The position numbers and the translations under genes are program-made. Shown here piece by piece: positions 26,161 to 37,870 of a stretch of DNA of 64,000 bases (position 1 is its first letter; the number at the start of each line of letters is the position of its first letter). This DNA is from Monocercomonoides exilis PA203 (taxonomy: Eukaryota; Protista; Preaxostyla), in contig LSRY02000012.1 of NCBI GenBank assembly GCA_001643675.2, positions 1,488,001-1,552,000 of the forward strand, in the 5' to 3' direction. The notes beneath the pieces are model-generated. The model saw nothing but the letters and a program-made list of their open reading frames with translations, was not told the DNA's origin and searched no databases.

Positions 26161-26512
26161 GGGTAATTATTTTTGAAATTATTTTCACTTATACAAAATT
26201 ATCGATCCAAAAAATTCTCTTGAATATTAACAAATCAACATTGAAAAATGAAAAGGCTTATCAGAGACATTCACATCCTAATTTCAGCTCAAAATTTGTT
26301 TTTGAAACAGATTTGATGACATTAGCATTTGAATACAAAATCATTTCCCAAAAACAAACAATCTTTGAAAAATCAATACACCGAAAAAAGTTATGATTTC
26401 AAAAATAATCGCCCATTTGTTAACAAATTATAAAAATCGGGGTTGAAATTCTCATTCTTTTTATAGATATTGACGGGATATAATATTTTCTTTTCTTCCT
26501 CACTTTCAGCCA

Positions 26513-26912
26513 TATAGTTAGTGTTAATAATGGTGGACACTTTCAATAATGGTGGACAGTCTCATTATTTCAACAACTATTGATAGTTGCATTTCATCAA
26601 TTTACCCATTTATTCCCTCATTGAATACAAACCAATGTGAATTGTTTTAATAATTTACCCAATACGGTGAAATTTAATAATAATTATTTTTTCTTTTCGG
26701 AGAAACTCGGAGAAATTAGATTCTCCGAAAATAGAAAATGCCATTTTCTTAATTCTGAAGAGCAAGTTGTAACATTTCTGTATATCTTATAAGTTCATAT
26801 TCATTGAAGGAATAATTGTGCTAATTATCAAAATGCAACTATCAATGGTTGTTGAGAAAATTCGACTGTCCACAGTTATTGAAAGTGTCCACCATTATTA
26901 ACACTAACTATA
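26513..26912. mobile_element. MITE/foldback element, ~400 bp, long terminal inverted repeats with TA at both ends
   Basis: Left end TATAGTTAGTGTTAATAATGGTGGACACTTTCAATAA is the exact reverse complement of the right end ...TTATTGAAAGTGTCCACCATTATTAACACTAACTATA. Imperfect inverted similarity continues for >100 bp. No coding capacity. Confidence 0.85.
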
Positions 26913-27332
26913 AACATATTTTTCACATAAAAATTATTTTTTAAATTCTTTATTTTATTATTATGAATAATTTGTTGACCAATTTCGAATAATAAGTTTT
27001 CCCAATTTGAATTATAAATCGTGTTTAACCACTTTTGTATATTATTTTGTGGTGGTCATTTAACAAATCATGTGAAAATTTTCTTCAACCAACGTTTGAA
27101 AAAATTCATGATTTCAAATATAATCACTCATTTTGACTTGATTTTTACATGTTAGATTTATTTTTATTTTTTAGACAAATTATTCACTTTTGATGTGTGA
27201 AATTGAATAAAAATTGTTTTGAATTATAATTTTCTTCATTAACCTGATTTATTCATTAATTTGCAAATTAGTATTATTTGATACAATTTTCGGAAAATAT
27301 TAATCTTCTAGAAAAAGATACCCATTATTAAA

Positions 27333-28385
27333 ATGAGTGCAAATTATGATGATTGGTTTTTGAAAAAGCCAGCTCCAAAAGCACGGTATCATATTAAGTT
27401 ATTATGTATTTGTATGATTTATTATATATAATATTTTAGAGCAAGATTATTTTTAATTCCATATGTTGGAGGGGTGGCATCAATGTTTGCAAGTTGGACA
27501 AGCTATATTCCTCATGGAATGGATTTTGCAACTATTCAGGTCTCAATTTTTAATATACTCAACATATTTTAAATATTAATAAATTATTTATCAAAATACT
27601 TAACATTAATATTTAGCTTCCAGGAAGACAAAATAGAATGGAAGAGAAGCCTTTAACAGATCCAGGATTAATTGCGGACATCATATCCGAAGCAATTTAT
27701 CCGTATGTGAAAGATACGCCATATGTGCTTTTTGGGTATAGCATGGGAGGTGATACTGCAATGATGGTTGGATATAGACTTCAGGAGAAATATCATCTTC
27801 CTCCGTTATCAATGATCTTTGCTGCAACACCCGGTCTTCATAGATTTCAATGTCCAAATCCTCTTCTGACATCATATTCAGATGAAGAATTTCCTCAAAA
27901 AGTTAGCGAGTATTTTGGACTGGATGAACGAACATCAGGCGGCTTAAGTTTTTCAGTTTGGACAAATATTTTGAATTATTTTATGTATGAAATATTGTTT
28001 TAAAAGGCTTCTTATGTTAGGGCAGATATCAAATCAATGGAAAACATTGGTGGATCTTTTTTCCCTTCAAAACCTCCACAATTTCATTGCCCCTTCGTGC
28101 AATTTGCTGGATCTCACGACAAAGTCATATCAGAAGAAGCAACTCGTTCATTGAAGTTTGCTTAAATATCGCTTTTAAAATAATTATTGAAATAATTTTC
28201 GTTACATAATTTTGAATATTTGAATATTACAAAAAATAATTGCATTGTAAAATCATTTCAGAGATTATACAAGTGGATCATTTACTTATCACGTGCTTGA
28301 TCAAGGGCATTTCTTTGACAGAGATCCAAGATTTTTGAGTATTTTTTCAGAAGAACTCGATGATATTAATGATTATATGATTTAG
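27333..28385 (+). CDS. Type II thioesterase (GrsT/OLAH-like alpha/beta hydrolase), 5 exons
   Basis: Exons 27333-27385, 27440-27539, 27617-27955, 28007-28155 and 28262-28385. Motifs LFLIPYVGG, QLPGRQNR, FGYSMGG (GxSxG nucleophile), VRAD, FAGSHD, GHFF (catalytic His). Confidence 0.9.
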
Positions 28386-30289
28386 AAAACATATTGGTTT
28401 CTTTTATTGAGTAAATTATTCATAAGAATGAAAGTATTTATTGAATGAAACGTGTATTTATTTTTGATTTTTAGGAAGAAGAAATGAACAATTTCATTGA
28501 AAAATAATGATCGTTGAAGATGGAATACTCTTTATTGTGAGGGAACATTCAAGAGAAAAATTGAATTGTCAAAGCAAAAGGCTCCTCAAAAATGAAAATG
28601 CCTAAGATACAATTAACATACGTTCATCGACTCACTTTTTGCTCGAATTTTTTAGATTCTTGAGCGTAAATGAGAGAAGGCGCTCACGATAGTCCCCTTT
28701 AAGAATCATAAACAGTTTAATAATTCCTATTCTAATTCCAAAAGAAAAGTGTCTTGATTATTGAGAGAACAATATCTTTTTTCGCTTCGGAATTCTGGTA
28801 GATTTCAGCATTTTAATTTTTCAATTGATTCAGAAAATTTTTTTGTTATCATATCTTCTTAAAAATTATGTGGATGATGAACGACCTTCACAACTTTTAA
28901 CCATTCATGTCCCTGTTAATATTGAATGTGCAACTGAAAACAAAAGCAATTAACATCATCAGAACATTCATTAATCAAAGCACCGCACCATTTTTATTTC
29001 TTTCTCTTCATTTGTGTTTCCTTCTCAACATTTCAATTGTGTAATCTCCACTTTCTTCTTTAAAAAGATTGAAAATTCTAGCCTCTCATCTTTCAATTGA
29101 CTTTTGGTTGCTTATTGAAAATTCTATAGAATGCAACATTCACCCTTCTTTCAATAGTCAAATTGAAAAAGCGAATAAATACAAAGTTTTCAATGATTTT
29201 TTTTATCTTGAAAGTTTTTTTCCTCCTAACATGCTTTGAAAGTCACTCCTGCACACTTCGCTCATCATCTCTTCCATTTTTCATCTGCCTATCCCGATTA
29301 AAAAAACATGTTTTCATTAATCTTCAGTTCACAAAAGAAGTTGAAAAAAGTTCAAAATTATTGTTGAAGACTATTCATTTGATAAACTTTGATATATTTC
29401 TTTACGAACGAAAAATTACGATATTCTTCAAATTGGTCATTTCATTATTGAAACTTTCAAACTCTGTTTAAACGTTAGTTATTGCTCCTAAAATGGGTTC
29501 TTTAATAAAAGCACACCATATTATTTTTTCAACGAAAGGATTTTTCCTTTTCAAAGCTTTTTTTTCAAGTTTGCTTGTTGCCTTCTTGCACGAAATTCAG
29601 TTTATATATTCACTTCAATTGAATAACTATTCATCAGCTAATAACATTCTGAATTCGATGGATTCAATCAGAATATTTATCTTATACTAATTGAAACAAA
29701 TCAACCTCCAAAATTGCTGAACGGAACAAAAGGAGAAAAATGGTTTTATAGTACTGGAGACAATTGTTTTAGTGATATTTAATTGATCATTATGCACATA
29801 TGCAGATTTCATAAAAATACCATTCGCCTATTATTGATTGATATTGCAAATATTTGCTAATTTTGCTTTTTTGATTCTCATAGCCTCAATTCTGTTCTTT
29901 GTATTTTCCTCAGTGCTTTACAAATTAACCCCGAATAAAGGATCTTTATAGATACATGAGAGAAGGGTAAAACGTTGAAAATAAAGGTGTTTATTCAACG
30001 AGATTATTAACGATTCTTTCCATTTATTTTTAATTAAAATAACCAATTGTAACTCGTCATTTTGAATTGTCCACCCAAATACGCTCCAAATATTGTTCAG
30101 AGTGCATTTTAATTCCTTAAGAATAAGTTTCTCACATATTATTTTGAAATAAATTCTCTTCCTTTGGAAATTTTTTTGACAAGATCAATTTTTGATCATC
30201 GTTAAATATCCGCATTTCGCTCACTTATCAAATCAGATCGACTTGGTTTTGTCTGTGTGTAGCAGTCAATATAAAAGTCTAATCATCTC

Positions 30290-30917
30290 ATGGTTTGTAT
30301 CGTTTATTATTTTTTAGCATTTTGAACAAGTTTCGACATTTCTTGTTAAGACATTCTTCATTGGATTTCTGGTTTTATTTTCTTCAGTTTTTTCCACTCC
30401 AACAGTTCTTGTCAAAAAAGAGTTAGTGACACTTCCAGCAGGTGAAAAATTTGATTTAAAAACACACATCCACATTCACAATGCTGGGGAAGAGCCTATT
30501 TACGATGTGAATGTTGATGATCAATGGGGCGAATATTTCCTTGTTTCACAAAATGCAAAGGACAATAATTTGTGCCATTACGACAAAATTGAAGGTGAAA
30601 CAAACGTTACATGCGAGCAGGTGTGGGTACCTCAACGAAGCGGAGCATATCACATGCTACCAGTGCGTGTCAGTTATCGCGAAGTTGCTGATTCTGACGA
30701 GATTCAGTTTGTAATTGGACATCCATTCATTGAAGCTCCACTTGACATTCTTCCCCAAGCCGTTTACAAAAGATTTTACACATCTCACAAGCGTGAATTT
30801 TTCGCTTTCTTACTGATGAGCTGCAACGCAGTTTTAATTCCATACATTTTCTACACAACAACCCGCCACGAGAACAAGAGATCAAAGAAGATTCGCCAAA
30901 GCACAACCTCAAAATAA
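30290..30917 (+). CDS. SSR2: Translocon-associated protein subunit beta (TRAP-beta)
   Basis: ATG 30290-30292, intron 30293-30317, then an exon with a signal peptide, VLVKK, HIHNAG..IYDVNVDD, PQRSGAYHM, YKRFYTSHKREFFAF and a C-terminal TM helix ending in IP. This is the TRAP-beta layout. Confidence 0.8.
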
Positions 30918-31131
30918 AAAAAATTTTCTTTTCATGTCACAATTGCGTTTCATTTGTTAAGTAGGGTTATTATCAAAAAGTAATGCTGAGAGATAAATTT
31001 TCTCGAAGGTTTTTTGAAATTCGGAAGTTACATTACACACTCGTTTGTTTTTGAAATTTATATCTTTTGAGAAATAACCCTGATTAATTGAATAAAATTG
31101 TGATCATTATTGATCATTTCCCTAAGAGAAA

Positions 31132-33052
31132 ATGTCTGAGAAACAAGTATGAATAAATAATTAAAACAGCGATAATTACGATTTATTGTTTCCTGATTTC
31201 ATATAAACGTGAATAGTACATTATTGTAACAAACGGAAGAGTGCTAACTTTGGGCTCTGAGCCAAAAGTCATCGAGAACGGAGCTGTGTGCATTGATCGC
31301 AAAACAGGGAAAATTGCCTTTGTTGACGAAAGTGAAAAAGTTAAATCAGCGTGCCCAGATGCAGAAGTGATTGATGCTGATGGAAAGCTTGTGTGATTTA
31401 AAGCTTTTATATTGCAACTTCATTCTTCATTTTAAACTTGAAACAAAGGTTATGCCAGGATTCATTTGTGCGCACACACATTTCTACAGCATGTTTTCAC
31501 GAGGAAAAGCTCTTGCGGGACCACCTGCAAAAACATTTATTCAGGTTCTTCAGCGATTATGGTGGGAACTCGACAAAGCTCTGTCACTTGAGGATGTTTA
31601 TCTCAGTGCTGTTTCTTGCGTAATCCAAGCGATCAAATGCGGAACGACAACATTGATCGACCATCATGCCAGCCCTAATGCAGTAGCAGGCTCGCTTGAT
31701 GAAATCGCAAAAGCTACGCTTGGCGCTGGTGTTCGGGCATGCTTGTGCTATGAAGTTACTGACAGAAACTCTGAGGAAGAAGCAAATGCTGGAATTTCGG
31801 AGAATATTAGATTTATGCAAAGATGTGCAAAAGAGCCATCACCTTTGCTTGCTGCCACTTTTGGCTTGCATGCTTCATTCACTGTGAATGAGAAAATCAT
31901 GGAAACTATCTCTGCGTATGCTTTGAATGATTCAAAAAAAAAAAAAATGCTTCCGTCAATTTTTATATTGGATGCGGTTGCACTTAGCATTGCAAGAATT
32001 TTTGACTTTTTTAATGTGAATTATTCAATGAATTCTGTGATTAATATATTGTTTTCATTTCTATCTTTTTTTTACAACAGACGTTTGCGCCGCGAAGTGC
32101 CTCCAGAAACAGTTGGTGTACACATTCATGTTTCTGAATCATCATTTGACCAAGATGATGCTGAATACAAATGCGGAATGACACCAGTACAGCGCCTCGA
32201 GAAACATGGTTTGATTTTTTTTTGTCAACCTTGTTTATTTTGAAAATACTTGTGTTTTATCTCCTTTTCTTTTATTATTGAATGCTATAACATTTACGGG
32301 ATATATTTCCATGACTCATTTTGTTAAAAAATAACTCTCCTAAAAATAGGATTGCTGGGTCACCGCTCAATCTGTGTGCACTGTGTAGCAATTTCAGAAA
32401 GCGACGAAGATATTTTGAAAGAGACAGACACAATTGTTGTGCACAACCCATCCTCAAACATGAACAACGCTGTGGGATTTGCAAAAGTGCAGAGGATGAT
32501 GGAGAAAGGTGTTTTGGTGGGGCTTGGAACAGACGGGATGTCGCAGGACATGATAAGCGAGTTCAAACAGGGCTATGTTGGACACAAGCTCGCACAAAAA
32601 GACCCACAGGCAATGTCATGGCAGCTTGGGGAAATGCTCTTTAAATCCAATGCGATGATTGCAGAAAGTGTGAATCCTTTTTTAAATTCAGATTTGATTT
32701 TGATGTCTGCGTTTAAACGATTTTATTTCATAATTATGCACATTCTTTCGGAAAATTCAATTCAATTCTGTTTTGTTTAGGATTCTTTGGATTCCCAATT
32801 GGGCATCTGACGCCTGGAGCAGCTGGAGATGTAATCATTCTCGATTACTATCCTCCAACTCCTATCACACCAGGAAATTGGCCATGGCACTTCATGTTCG
32901 GAATTACCCCGGCTGATGTGAATACTACAATTGTTGCTGGAAAAGTGCTGATGAAGGATCATATTCTGAATCTGCCAAAGCCACAGTTCGATGAAAAAGC
33001 AGTCTTTGAAAGAGCCCGCGAAAGATCCAAAGACGTTTGGGCAAAGTTCTAA
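31132..33052 (+). CDS. ssnA: SsnA-like metal-dependent amidohydrolase (chlorohydrolase/aminohydrolase family), 6 exons
   Basis: VIDADGKLVMPGFICAHTHFYS (HxH), GTTTLIDHHASPNA, GLHASFT, HIHVSE, HNPSSNMNNAVG, LGTDG, DVIILDYYPPTP. Five GT-AG introns restore one frame; stop TAA at 33050-33052. Confidence 0.85.
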
Positions 33053-33249
33053 TTGAAAGAGGTCAGAACACAAACATTTCCTTGTTCTTAACACTGTTAA
33101 TAACCAGATTTATGAGTTTATTTATTTTACAAAATTACAAGTGAAATTAATTGGTATATTTTTTTCTAAACAATTTGAAGATATAAAAATGAAGCAGAAA
33201 ATAGAAAATCAATAGTGTGAAATGAATTTTATTGTAAACAGATAACAAT

Positions 33250-33699
33250 TCAACCAAATGAAGCATTGTCATAATAATCTAAATTCAAAACTCCAAAATA
33301 TCCCTTTTGCGCTTCTTTAGAATCTGGAGTTGTGTAAAACTAAGAAAAAGAAAAGAGATTTGATATCTTTGACATATGCTCTTAAAAATAATCACATACT
33401 GCTTGTAATTGTTCGAGAGTTGAGCTTGGAGATGGAGCAAAACTACCAATCACTATTATCTGATAAAAGTAACAAAACAAAATAACATTCATAGAAACAA
33501 ATGAAAAATCACAGACAAGAGGCGTTTCTTCGGGAAATTGCAATATTTCTCTCAAATGCTTGTTAATATAACCGATGGTTCTTTGTTTATCAAATAGACG
33601 CATTTTTTTCTTTCCAGAAAGCATGTGTATAGTTTTGGTATTAAATTTCACAAGCACTTTTGAATCAAATGATTTTTCCGCTTTATTAGGAGTAGACAT
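33250..33699 (-). CDS. ATG12: Ubiquitin-like autophagy protein ATG12, 3 exons
   Basis: Exons 33699-33517, 33459-33400 and 33339-33250 give ...RTIGYINKHLREIL...PLIIVIGSFAPSPSSTLEQL...LNLDYYDNASFG*. SFAPSP and the terminal FG are ATG12 hallmarks. Confidence 0.8.
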
Positions 33700-33768
33700 T
33701 GCTTGAGCAATTTTATGAAAAAATTTAAGGGATATGAACTAACCATAATTACATATGAAATAAACTAG

Positions 33769-33776
33769 TATAAATA
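33769..33776 (+). promoter_or_regulatory. Candidate TATA box upstream of U3
   Basis: TATAAATA lies 32-25 nt upstream of the U3 5' end. The AT-rich background lowers its significance. Confidence 0.4.
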
Positions 33777-33800
33777 GAGAAGTCAGGCAAAGGAAAAATT

Positions 33801-34024
33801 AAGACTGTACTCGCACAGAATCTTTTCTGTAGTATATGTCTCTTCTCAAGTTTCTAAACTTGTAACAGTTAATAGCGCTGAAGATTATTCACGGCTTGTT
33901 GTCTTGAGCGGGAAGATGGCTTGTGGCCTGTGTTTCCATTTGGAAACTCTCGTCATATGGCTTTGATGATCGTCCTTATTCTCGTTCAGAGAAATAAGGG
34001 GGACTTCAAGCGATATGAAGCGCA
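33801..34024 (+). ncRNA. U3: U3 snoRNA
   Basis: 5' AAGACTGTACT (GAC/A' box), box A ACAGAATCTTTTCTGTAG, C' TGAAGA 33879-84, box B GAGCGGGAAG 33906-15, box C TGATGA 33964-69 followed by a hairpin, box D ATGA 34015-18, terminal stem GCGCT/AGCGC; ~223 nt. Confidence 0.9.
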
Positions 34025-34700
34025 CCTTTTAATAACAAATATATCTGTAATTAGGATGTGAATTGAATGCTTTTTATATTAAATGAAATAAAAGTTAAAA
34101 GAAAAATGATAGTTATAATTGTAACAAAAAAGCTTGAAAGGATAATTAAAAAATAAAAGTTTGAGTCAAGAGTTTAGTGAAAAGCGAGGTGGTATTTAAT
34201 CTTTGAGCACAGCTTTGTTGCATATTCTTTCCTTCAAAATCTCTGCAATGGAAATATATATTGCCTAAACCTTTTTGATTATTAATTAAGCAAAATTTCA
34301 ATTGATGCTGTTAATTTTCCATTTGTGACAAAACACTTTATCAAAGCTGTGAAGTTGGGTGCGCTGTTCACGTTTCAAATATATAGATGTTGAGATTATG
34401 TATTGAAACAGTTATGTTTTTTCAAAGAACTCAATTGCCATAAGACAGTTGATGAAATAATTTTTAAAAATATGAATTTTATTTATTTTCCCGCAGATAC
34501 TTCCATGTTACATTTTTATTTTGAGTTAAATACATGTTTTCTTTTTTAAAAATATCGCTTTATGAATTGTCACATTAAGAAATAAGCTTAACATGTGAAA
34601 AATTGTTTGAAAACCTTGTGACCATCAGCTGAAAGCGACAGTTTTTATTTATCTACGCAAACGCTTATTTTTGTCTCTAATCTTAATCACATTTTGAAAT

Positions 34701-37700
34701 TCAACTTGAAGTCGGATTTGAATTCAAAGGAGCTGCCATTCCTCGAATTGAGAGTTGTCCAGATTGTCTATAAAATTCAACTTGCTCTTTTCGTTCTCTG
34801 TATATCAATTTCCAGCTGCCTGTATCAAGCCCTTCTGTTTCCTTCAAAATGTATTCAGGGTTGTAGAATTCGCTTGAAGATCGACTTACCTGAGAAGTTT
34901 GCTTTGAAGAAGAAGATGTATTTGATGAAGCAGAACTTTCTTTTGCAGAATTCTCTTTCAATCGATCGTTTGTCTTTTCTTCTTTGATATCCTTTATTTC
35001 ATCCTCGCTTGCTGAAATCTGCTTTCTCTTTGAAATTTTTCTGCTCACATCACCTTCAACAAAAATAACTTCACCTTTTTTATGTTCTTCTCCTTCTACA
35101 CCCTCCAATTCCGATGTACTTTTGGTTTCATTCATCTTTGAGCAATCAGTCAACGAAGCAACACTCTCATTTCGAGAAACTAATTTTTCATCTGATCCAC
35201 TTTCGTTGTCTGTTTTCGTGCTATCTATTTGACTTCTTTGTTCGAGGAGCTTTTGCTGCTTAACAAATTCTGGTGACAATGACATCCAGCACAAGCGGCG
35301 CTCACTTTTGGAACAATCACACTCACTTTTCGAACTAAATGACATCGAAGGATTGGTAAATTTGCGCATCAGTTCGTGATCCAGTACGACTTTCATCGTA
35401 GATTCCACACATTCACCAACAAGCTCTCCAACAACTGCTGTCGTGTGCTCAAAGCATGGCGCAGCATTGATTTCAATAAGCCACGGGTTCATCTTCTCGT
35501 CAATCATAAAATCAAACCCAAAGATTTCAAATGAGTTTTTCCTGTCTTTCATTGCTTCGCGCCCACACTTAATTGAAGCAACAATAATTGACTCGATCTT
35601 TGGAAGAGTAGAGTTCTTCCACAGAGTGTAACACGGATAGTTCTCTGGTGCTTTTGACTCCAAAGACGATTGATTTGAAATTTCCTTATTTTCGTCTGAG
35701 CCTCCAGAACATTCTTTTTTACCACATTCATGTTCATGATGCTCAACGCATTTCTGCTTTTCAAACTCTTCCAGCAACACTTCTGGCTGTGAACTTGCCA
35801 TTTCCAGAGGCAACTGCCCGTCTTCAATCTTTTTTAAGTAATCTTCAAACTGTTTCAGATGCCACATGTTTCCTGTAGCACCCCATTCCCCACCAATTGT
35901 ATCAAATTGTTCGGACACTGCTTGAATTGAGTTGTTCGTCAGATGAACAATCTTATCCAACGATGAAAGTGTGAAAGGTAGTGAAGAAAGTCGGAAATAT
36001 GGCTTTGTAAAACGCCAAATTGTAAGTGGGGTCAGAGATGTCACGAGAACCCATTGACGGATATCAAACTTAAACTTATGGATAAGAAGCGGTCGTTCAA
36101 TGTATTTCTGAATTGTTGTTTGTTGTTGTTTTTTATTGCGATTTGGAAAAATATGAAATATAGCATTTTTTTCAATAACAATAAAGACGGCGAATATGAA
36201 GAAATATAAAAGCAATATGAATCTACACAAACCTGAACAATGAAGTTATCTTCACCAGCTCTTATGTACGAAAAAAGGGTATGAAGAGCATTAAAACACT
36301 CAATTCCTCTTCCTCTGGACTTTCCAACAGGCTTTACAATCCATATGTTCTTTGTCCCAAGACAGCGAAAGGGCAAAAGAAAAGGCTCCAGCATCGGATA
36401 AACAGCAGCTGCCCGGCGCAGGATTTCTTTAATGGGTGGAATTGCATGTGTGGATGGAGAGGAAGATTTCAAAGTTATTCGACGAGGCGCATTAGAAGGC
36501 CGAGATGTGAGATGCTCGTGAGATGAACAGATAGAAGATCCAGTATTCAAAGTTTGTGATTGCTCCGTAACTGGCAAAGACGAAGAAGCAGTCAAAGAGG
36601 AAGAAGCGATTGGCTGCGCTGAAGAAGACGAAGAAGTAGAAGACGAGGTTGAAGAAGGAAACGATTTTCCACCAAAATCGTTATCAGTAACACTTGATGG
36701 TGTATCTATCTTTTCTTCGAATTCTTTGCCAAGTGATGTGCTTGACTGGAGTGGGTTGCTTTTTGGAAAAGCCTTTTGCGCAGAACTTAATTTTTTTGCA
36801 GATTTGCGGCTAAGTTCCGATGCAATAACTTTTGAAGTGAGCATTTCTCTTCTTTCAACGCATTCTTTTCCCACAACATACCAATCATCTTCACTCATTC
36901 GCGGCATCATAGGCGATTTGTTGTCCGCTTCTTTCAACGATGAAAGTGTTGATATTTTCCCTGGATTTTTCATACAGCTCTTTTCTCTTTCATCTGTCTC
37001 TTCTTCTTTTCTACCAATTTCATCATTATCTTCCCCGTCTGAAAGAAGATTAACCTTTGCATACTGCTCGCAAAATAAAACCGAAAAATAAAGAGCAGAC
37101 GACGATGCGGTGCAGTGTATATTTTCTGGATTAACTTCAGTTATTTGATTATCATCAGTCAGCTTTATCCCATTTTCTTGAAGAAATATCCTTAAATGTT
37201 CGGATGTGTGCACCAAACGAAATGTTTCGATAAAATTTTTTTTCTCTTCTCTATTACGCAAATCAAAACAAATTGGAAAAAATGAACGATAGTCTGCATT
37301 TGCTTCCCAGTAACCGTTTTCTCTTAATGATTCGTGAAGCCCAATCTTTGTTGTTATACTCTGTGTGAAAATAAAATGATTGGCCAATGACAATGGGTGT
37401 AGATTTTCAATGTCTCCATCACTCCCTCGAATTGTCCATTGGAAATCAACCTTACTGTTTCCTACAGATACGAACTATTATTGTATTATCATCTTTTAAA
37501 CCACAAACCTTCTGTTGTCATTTCTTTCCAATTCCTCGCTAATAACGCTGAGCGAATATCTTTTGTACAATCTCCACTTTTGAAAACCCGAAATGTCTAA
37601 AAGTTGAAACGTTAAGCTAAAATCTGTGAACAAAATATTTGCGCACTTTTTTGTGATTTTTGAGTTTCTTTGCATCATCATCAACAATGCCATTTTCCTC

Positions 37701-37870
37701 TTTTTCATGTTCTAATATGTTTTGCGCTTATTTCGCAAAGTTATTTTATATACGTTTCATGGTCAATTGTAATGCTTTTAAATACATTTATGAAAATTTG
37801 GCAAACAAAAGGAAATCCTCTCCTTCGAAGATTCCTCTATTTTTGTATCATCAGATGGCGGAGTGTCCAT
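34701..37870 (-). CDS. TTLL3: Tubulin-tyrosine ligase-like protein, TTLL3/TTLL8 glycylase type, multi-exon
   Basis: IRSALLARNWKE, FQWT, NHF...ITTKIGL, FFPICFDL, WIVKPVGKSRGRGI, VQ|KYIERPLLI..KFDIRQWVLVT, HLTNNSIQ, FEIFGFDFMID...PWLIEINAAP. The 5' exon structure and start codon are tentative. Confidence 0.85.

Noticed and set aside
30068-30075. TGTCCACC matching the MITE sub-terminal motif
   Set aside because: An 8-bp match is expected by chance in 64 kb, and the flanks do not extend the similarity.
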